Assembly (NCBI GenBank): GCA_018826075.1
Contig: JAHKAJ010000014.1
Location: 20,066 to 84,065 of the forward strand
DNA length: 64,000 nucleotides
Source: Candidatus Omnitrophota bacterium
GTDB taxonomy: Bacteria > Omnitrophota > Gorgyraeia > Duberdicusellales > 4484-171
Direction of reading: 5' to 3'
A model generated the notes under the pieces. The model was not told the DNA's origin. It was given only the letters and a program-made list of their open reading frames with translations, and did no database searches. This document shows, piece after piece, positions 60,036 to 64,000 of this stretch. How positions within the stretch are numbered: position 1 is the stretch's first letter; each line of letters opens with the position of its first letter. Position numbers and translations under genes: made by a program.

Positions 60036-61364
60036 TTAACGGCGGATTCGTAAATTTTTAGGAAGGCTGATCGAAAAAGTAGTCCCTTCATCAACCTTAG
60101 ACTCGACTTCTATCTTTCCGCCGTGCATTTCAACGATATCCTTAACGATCGATAAACCTAAACCGGTTCCCTTAACTCCTTCTTTCAAACTGCTTTCCAG
60201 ACGGCTGAAACGGTTAAACAGGCGGCTTAAGTCTTCTCCGGGAATGCCGATACCGGTATCGGCAATCTTAATTTTAACATCGCTATCAGCATCTTCCAGC
60301 TTTATTTTAATCTTTCCCTTGGGTTTATTATACTTAACCGCATTATCAATAAAATTAGTTATTACTTCATAAAGCTTGTCTTCATCTCCCCAAATCTCTA
60401 TTTTTTTATCGGTAAGGATTCCCTTGATTTCAAGGCCTTTTTTTTCAATCAAAGGCAAAAAAGTATCAGTAGCTGATTTTACCATATTGGTTATATCAAA
60501 TAGTGTCCGTTTCATGTGGTGCAAACCGGCCTCAGCTTTGGAAAAATCCAATAAATCATCAATTAAACCGTTTAGACGCCGGATATTTTGTGATGCCAAA
60601 TTCAATAACTTCTTCTGTTTTTCGTTAATCGATCCGGTTATCTCATCTAAAACTAACCCTACTGATTCTTTAAGAGCAGTCAAGGGAGTACGCAATTCAT
60701 GCGATACGTTAGCGATAAATTCGGACCTTAAAACATCTAACTCTTTGGCGTCTTCCCGAAAACGTACATTGACTACAGCTATTGCTGACAAGTCAGCTAT
60801 CCGGTTCAATACATCTAAATCTTGCTCATTGAAAATTTCTCCGGATTCTTTATTATTAACATTAATAACCCCGATTACCTTATCGTAAACTTTCAAGGGA
60901 ACGCTTAATAAAGAGTCAGTACTATAACGGCCGCCTCTTTTGGGAAACCGAGGATCTTTGCTTATATCCTTGATTAAAAGCGATTGCCCGGTCTGGGCTA
61001 CCCAGCCAGATACACCTTCGCCCAGTTTAACTTTTGCATCTCTGATGATTTCCTTATCTAAACCTTTAGCGAACTTAATCAGCATCTCTCCGCTGCTTTT
61101 GCCCACCAGCATCAGCGAGACTATTTCCACTGACATCACTTCGGCAATCCTGTCGACCAGTATATTCAAAGCTTCTTCTAAGCCAGTCGAGCTTAAAACG
61201 TCACGATTAATTTCATAAGCCACTCTTAATTTAAAAAATTCTTCTTCTAGAGAATCACGGCTTTTGTCTCTAAGCTCGCCCTTCAATCGGCTGAAATTAC
61301 CCGAAGAATCTCTCTGAGATTTTTTTCCTTTGATAAGATTAATTAACCAGTTGTTCAGCGCCAT
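60036..61364 (-). CDS. GAF-domain sensor histidine kinase
   Basis: GAF, then HisKA (VSHELRTPL) and HATPase_c (GTGLGLSIVK). Appears cytoplasmic (no TM). Confidence 0.8.
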   Translation of the reverse strand: MALNNWLINLIKGKKSQRDSSGNFSRLKGELRDKSRDSLEEEFFKLRVAYEINRDVLSSTGLEEALNILVDRIAEVMSVEIVSLMLVGKSSGEMLIKFAKGLDKEIIRDAKVKLGEGVSGWVAQTGQSLLIKDISKDPRFPKRGGRYSTDSLLSVPLKVYDKVIGVINVNNKESGEIFNEQDLDVLNRIADLSAIAVVNVRFREDAKELDVLRSEFIANVSHELRTPLTALKESVGLVLDEITGSINEKQKKLLNLASQNIRRLNGLIDDLLDFSKAEAGLHHMKRTLFDITNMVKSATDTFLPLIEKKGLEIKGILTDKKIEIWGDEDKLYEVITNFIDNAVKYNKPKGKIKIKLEDADSDVKIKIADTGIGIPGEDLSRLFNRFSRLESSLKEGVKGTGLGLSIVKDIVEMHGGKIEVESKVDEGTTFSISLPKNLRIRR

Positions 61365-61368
61365 AAGA

Positions 61369-61740
61369 TCAGCCTCCTGTTAATTCTTTGATTTTTGCCA
61401 GTAAGGCCTTAGGTTCAAATGGCTTGACTATATAACTGTCAGCTCCGACATCCTGGCCCATCTTTTTATCTGATTCTTGAGCCCGGGCCGTAAAAAGAAT
61501 TATCGGAATTTTTTTATACTTCTCGTCAAATTTAAGCATCCGGCAAACCTTATAACCGTCTATTTTCGGCAGCATCAAATCAAGGATTATCAGGTCCGGT
61601 TTCTCCTTCCTGGCTTTATCCAAAGCTTCCTGGCCGTCAAAAGCCGATAAAACTTCATACCCGTTAGCTTCCAAACGCATCTTTACTAACTCAACTAAAG
61701 CCTGTTCATCATCAACCACTAAAATTCTTTTTTTGCTCAT
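61369..61740 (-). CDS. Single-domain response regulator (CheY-like receiver)
   Basis: LVVDDE...D(54)LMLP...K receiver motifs. 123 aa. No output domain. Confidence 0.8.
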   Translation of the reverse strand: MSKKRILVVDDEQALVELVKMRLEANGYEVLSAFDGQEALDKARKEKPDLIILDLMLPKIDGYKVCRMLKFDEKYKKIPIILFTARAQESDKKMGQDVGADSYIVKPFEPKALLAKIKELTGG

Positions 61741-61742
61741 CG

Positions 61743-62138
61743 TCAGATATCCTCCCTGACTATTGTTTTTTCAGCCATACCTAAAGCCGCTCTCAAAGCT
61801 TGCTGAGAATCAGAATAAGCGCTAATTTTAGGAACGAAGGCAATTACACCCAAATTTTCGGCTCCTTTAATTGACTTTTCATCAGAATAAGCAGTAAACA
61901 TAATTACCGGAATATCGCGATTAATCTTTCTTAAAGCTTTTAAGGTGACTAAACCGTTTTTTTTTGGCATTAAGTAATCAAGTACCACAATGTCCGGTTT
62001 TCCGGAATTTACAATTTCCAAGGCCCGATCCCCATCAAGAGCAGTTAGCAAATCATAGCCCCAACTTTCAATTCTTGTACCAATTGTCTCTAAAATATCT
62101 TGTTCATCATCTGCTAATAAAACCCTTAAGCCACTCAT
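61743..62138 (-). CDS. Single-domain response regulator (CheY-like receiver)
   Basis: LLADDE...VVLDYLMP receiver motifs. 131 aa. Confidence 0.8.
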   Translation of the reverse strand: MSGLRVLLADDEQDILETIGTRIESWGYDLLTALDGDRALEIVNSGKPDIVVLDYLMPKKNGLVTLKALRKINRDIPVIMFTAYSDEKSIKGAENLGVIAFVPKISAYSDSQQALRAALGMAEKTIVREDI

Positions 62139-62191
62139 GCCCCCTCCTGATTTGAGTTAAAAGCTACACCCTTTTGACTAATTTAAGAAAA

Positions 62192-62452
62192 TTAACCCAA
62201 TTTATCCCAAGGATTTGTTAAAATTTCCTCTATGGAAGTAACTAAACGGTCAATATTATTTTTAGTAATAGTAAGTAATTTTTTTTGCTTAGGGTTTAAT
62301 TTACCGGGAACCTCCTCTGCCACTAGAGACACAGCTTCCTTAATTACCGCTAATGGTGTCCGCACTTTGTGTTCAATTATGCTAACCAATTCATTTTTTA
62401 GCTTTTCTAAGTCAGATTTTTGGCTCATCAGCAATTCCTTTCTTTTTTTCAA
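62192..62452 (-). CDS. Stand-alone HisKA/DHp domain protein (86 aa), paralogous to the DHp of the adjacent kinases
   Basis: IEHKVRTPLAVIKEAVSLVAEEVPGKLNPKQKKLLTITKNNIDRLVTSIEEIL matches SHELRTPLTALKESVGLVLDEITGSINEKQKKLLNLASQNIRRLNGLIDDLL of the 60036..61364 kinase. Confidence 0.55.
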   Translation of the reverse strand: MKKRKELLMSQKSDLEKLKNELVSIIEHKVRTPLAVIKEAVSLVAEEVPGKLNPKQKKLLTITKNNIDRLVTSIEEILTNPWDKLG

Positions 62453-62518
62453 CTACTATTATAAATAAACTGCTGGTTTACGCAAGGATATTTACAAATT
62501 TATCAAATAATACCCTGG

Positions 62519-63175
62519 TTAAAAGGAAAATTTCAGTTTTGTTCCTAGAACATGGGTGTCGTTCCATTGGTCTGACTTCTCGCTGGACTCCCAGAGGTGA
62601 TAGATCTCGCCGTCAAGATTTTTAAGGATTTTCAGGCTGAAGCCTGCGAAAAGACGGTTTTTGTTTAAAGTCTCAACGTCAAAATCATAAAAGATCTCAT
62701 CGGCTATATAGGGTTGGATTTCTAACTTAGTAAGTTTAAACGGCGCCTTAATGGTGAGTTTATTGCGGTAACGCCAAAAGTTATCAGCATCTTCCCGGTT
62801 ACGATACTCCAACCGCAGTTTATTGCCGAAAGCCACATCCCAAAGTTTCCATTTTACATCAGCGTTAAGGTTAGGCTGGTTTTCTACCTTCCAGCTGCCA
62901 CTCCTCTCTTCAGTGATGTGGCGATAGCTTAAAGTCAAATCCAGCCATTTAGCTAAACCGGAATAAGTAATCCCTAAATCCGAATGGCGGTAGTAAGGAT
63001 TTGAAGCATTATCGCCCCAGCGAAACTCCTGGTTGAAGCTTAACTTCCAGTTATCGTTTATTTTTTTAGAAACACTCTCATTGTTCCAATACTGAAAATC
63101 GCCATCATCAAAAGTCCAAGCGCAGACCGGAACGGTCAAAATGATTAAACCTAAAACAAAAACCCTTTGCACCAA
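62519..63175 (-). CDS. Predicted outer-membrane beta-barrel protein (DUF2490-like)
   Basis: Signal peptide, alternating hydrophobic beta-strand pattern, C-terminal ...KLKFSF. Confidence 0.45.
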   Translation of the reverse strand: MVQRVFVLGLIILTVPVCAWTFDDGDFQYWNNESVSKKINDNWKLSFNQEFRWGDNASNPYYRHSDLGITYSGLAKWLDLTLSYRHITEERSGSWKVENQPNLNADVKWKLWDVAFGNKLRLEYRNREDADNFWRYRNKLTIKAPFKLTKLEIQPYIADEIFYDFDVETLNKNRLFAGFSLKILKNLDGEIYHLWESSEKSDQWNDTHVLGTKLKFSF

Positions 63176-63185
63176 CGCCTCCTTT

Positions 63186-64000
63186 CTACAGTGGTAAAGT
63201 GAATAAAAAAATAGTGCCTTTATCTACACCCTCGGATTCAGCCCAGATTTTTCCTTTATGTTCCTCGATAATATCTTTGCAAATCGCCAGGCCCAAACCG
63301 GTTCCCTCGATCTTACCGCTTCTGGCTATCCCCAGTTGTTCAAAAGAACGAAACAACTTAGGAATATCTTTTTCCTCTATGCCTATGCCAGTATCGACGA
63401 TTTTCACTTCGACAAATTCCGGTTTTTTCCCGGTAGAAATGGTAATCCGGCCCTTTTTGGTAAATTTAATGGCGTTACTGATCAAGTTTATCAACACCTG
63501 GGAAATTTTATCACGGTCAAATTTGAAACTGTTTAAATTCTCATCAAGCTTTAGGTCAATCTCCAACTCCTTACGTTCGGCCCAGGAAAGCATAGCCGTA
63601 TAAGTATCCCGGATCAGTTCATTTAGATCGTTATCTTTAAAGCGAAACTCCATTTTCCCGGCTTCCAGTTTCTGAAAATCTAAAACATCATCGATAAACT
63701 CTGCCAAACGATTTACGTTTTTAGTGGCAGTGGCTAAAAGCTCTTTTTGCTCACTGCTTACCTCACCGACTATCCCGTCAGAAACCATATTGATGCTGGT
63801 CTTAATCGCCGCCAGAGGCGTTCTTAGCTCGTGGGAGACCATCGAAACCAGATCCGACTTAAACTGCATGGCTTTAAGCAGTTCCTCTTCGACTTTTTTA
63901 CGTTCGAGGATCTCTTTCTGAAGCTTTAAAGTGCGTTCGTCAACTAAATCCTCAAGGTGCTCTTTGTATTTTTTAAGTTCGTCGGTCATCTCATTAAACA
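63186..64000 (-). CDS. Histidine kinase (HisKA + HATPase_c); N-terminal part probably lies beyond the window end
   Basis: VSHELRTPLAAIK, GTGLGLAICKD. The frame remains open upstream of the ATG at 63989 to the window edge. Confidence 0.7.
   Translation of the reverse strand, partial: FNEMTDELKKYKEHLEDLVDERTLKLQKEILERKKVEEELLKAMQFKSDLVSMVSHELRTPLAAIKTSINMVSDGIVGEVSSEQKELLATATKNVNRLAEFIDDVLDFQKLEAGKMEFRFKDNDLNELIRDTYTAMLSWAERKELEIDLKLDENLNSFKFDRDKISQVLINLISNAIKFTKKGRITISTGKKPEFVEVKIVDTGIGIEEKDIPKLFRSFEQLGIARSGKIEGTGLGLAICKDIIEEHKGKIWAESEGVDKGTIFLFTLPL

Overview
This window is a gene-dense (about 90% coding), roughly 45% GC bacterial chromosomal segment. Genes were called by reading the supplied six-frame ORF track by eye, because no searches could be run. 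The organism is clearly diderm. It carries Kdo and heptose biosynthesis (kdsA/B/C/D, hldE kinase domain), LptB with an OstA-like partner, lipid A genes (lpxI, lpxA, a fused lpxC-fabZ, lpxD), skp and bamA. It also keeps the Firmicute-type spoVG-glmU-prs-ctc-pth block and the rpsF-ssb-rpsR-rplI-dnaB block. Other housekeeping genes are purA, clpP, a short trigger factor, a K+/H+ pyrophosphatase, rpe, queH, a split transketolase, ispE, hisG, carB and hemW. The 3' third of the window encodes a complete type IV pilus operon (pilB, pilC, pilA, three minor pilins, fused pilMN, pilO, a PilP-like gene) with no secretin. That operon is preceded by a dense signalling cassette: two histidine kinases, two single-domain receivers and a stand-alone DHp domain protein.

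The regions I judge most worth a second look are:
- A glutamine synthetase with an N-terminal excisionase-type HTH domain, divergently paired with a GAF-ANTAR RNA-binding regulator operon.
- A tRNA-Gln plus a minimal GIY-YIG nuclease gene bracketed by 20-bp inverted repeats, inserted into the conserved spoVG-glmU block.
- A phosphorelay-like cassette with a free DHp domain, directly upstream of the pilus operon.
- A radical-SAM-rich island (one B12-binding enzyme and two COG1533/SplB-like paralogues) with an orphan prepilin-like protein, an SPFH protein and a GT2 glycosyltransferase.
- An orphan plus-strand intrinsic terminator upstream of hisG that implies an unannotated small transcript.

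Several starts in the ORF track are over-extended through TTG/GTG codons (pth, glmU, bamA, lpxA, kdsB, dnaB, ispE). I re-called them where the sequence allowed. No CRISPR array, rRNA or transposase was seen.
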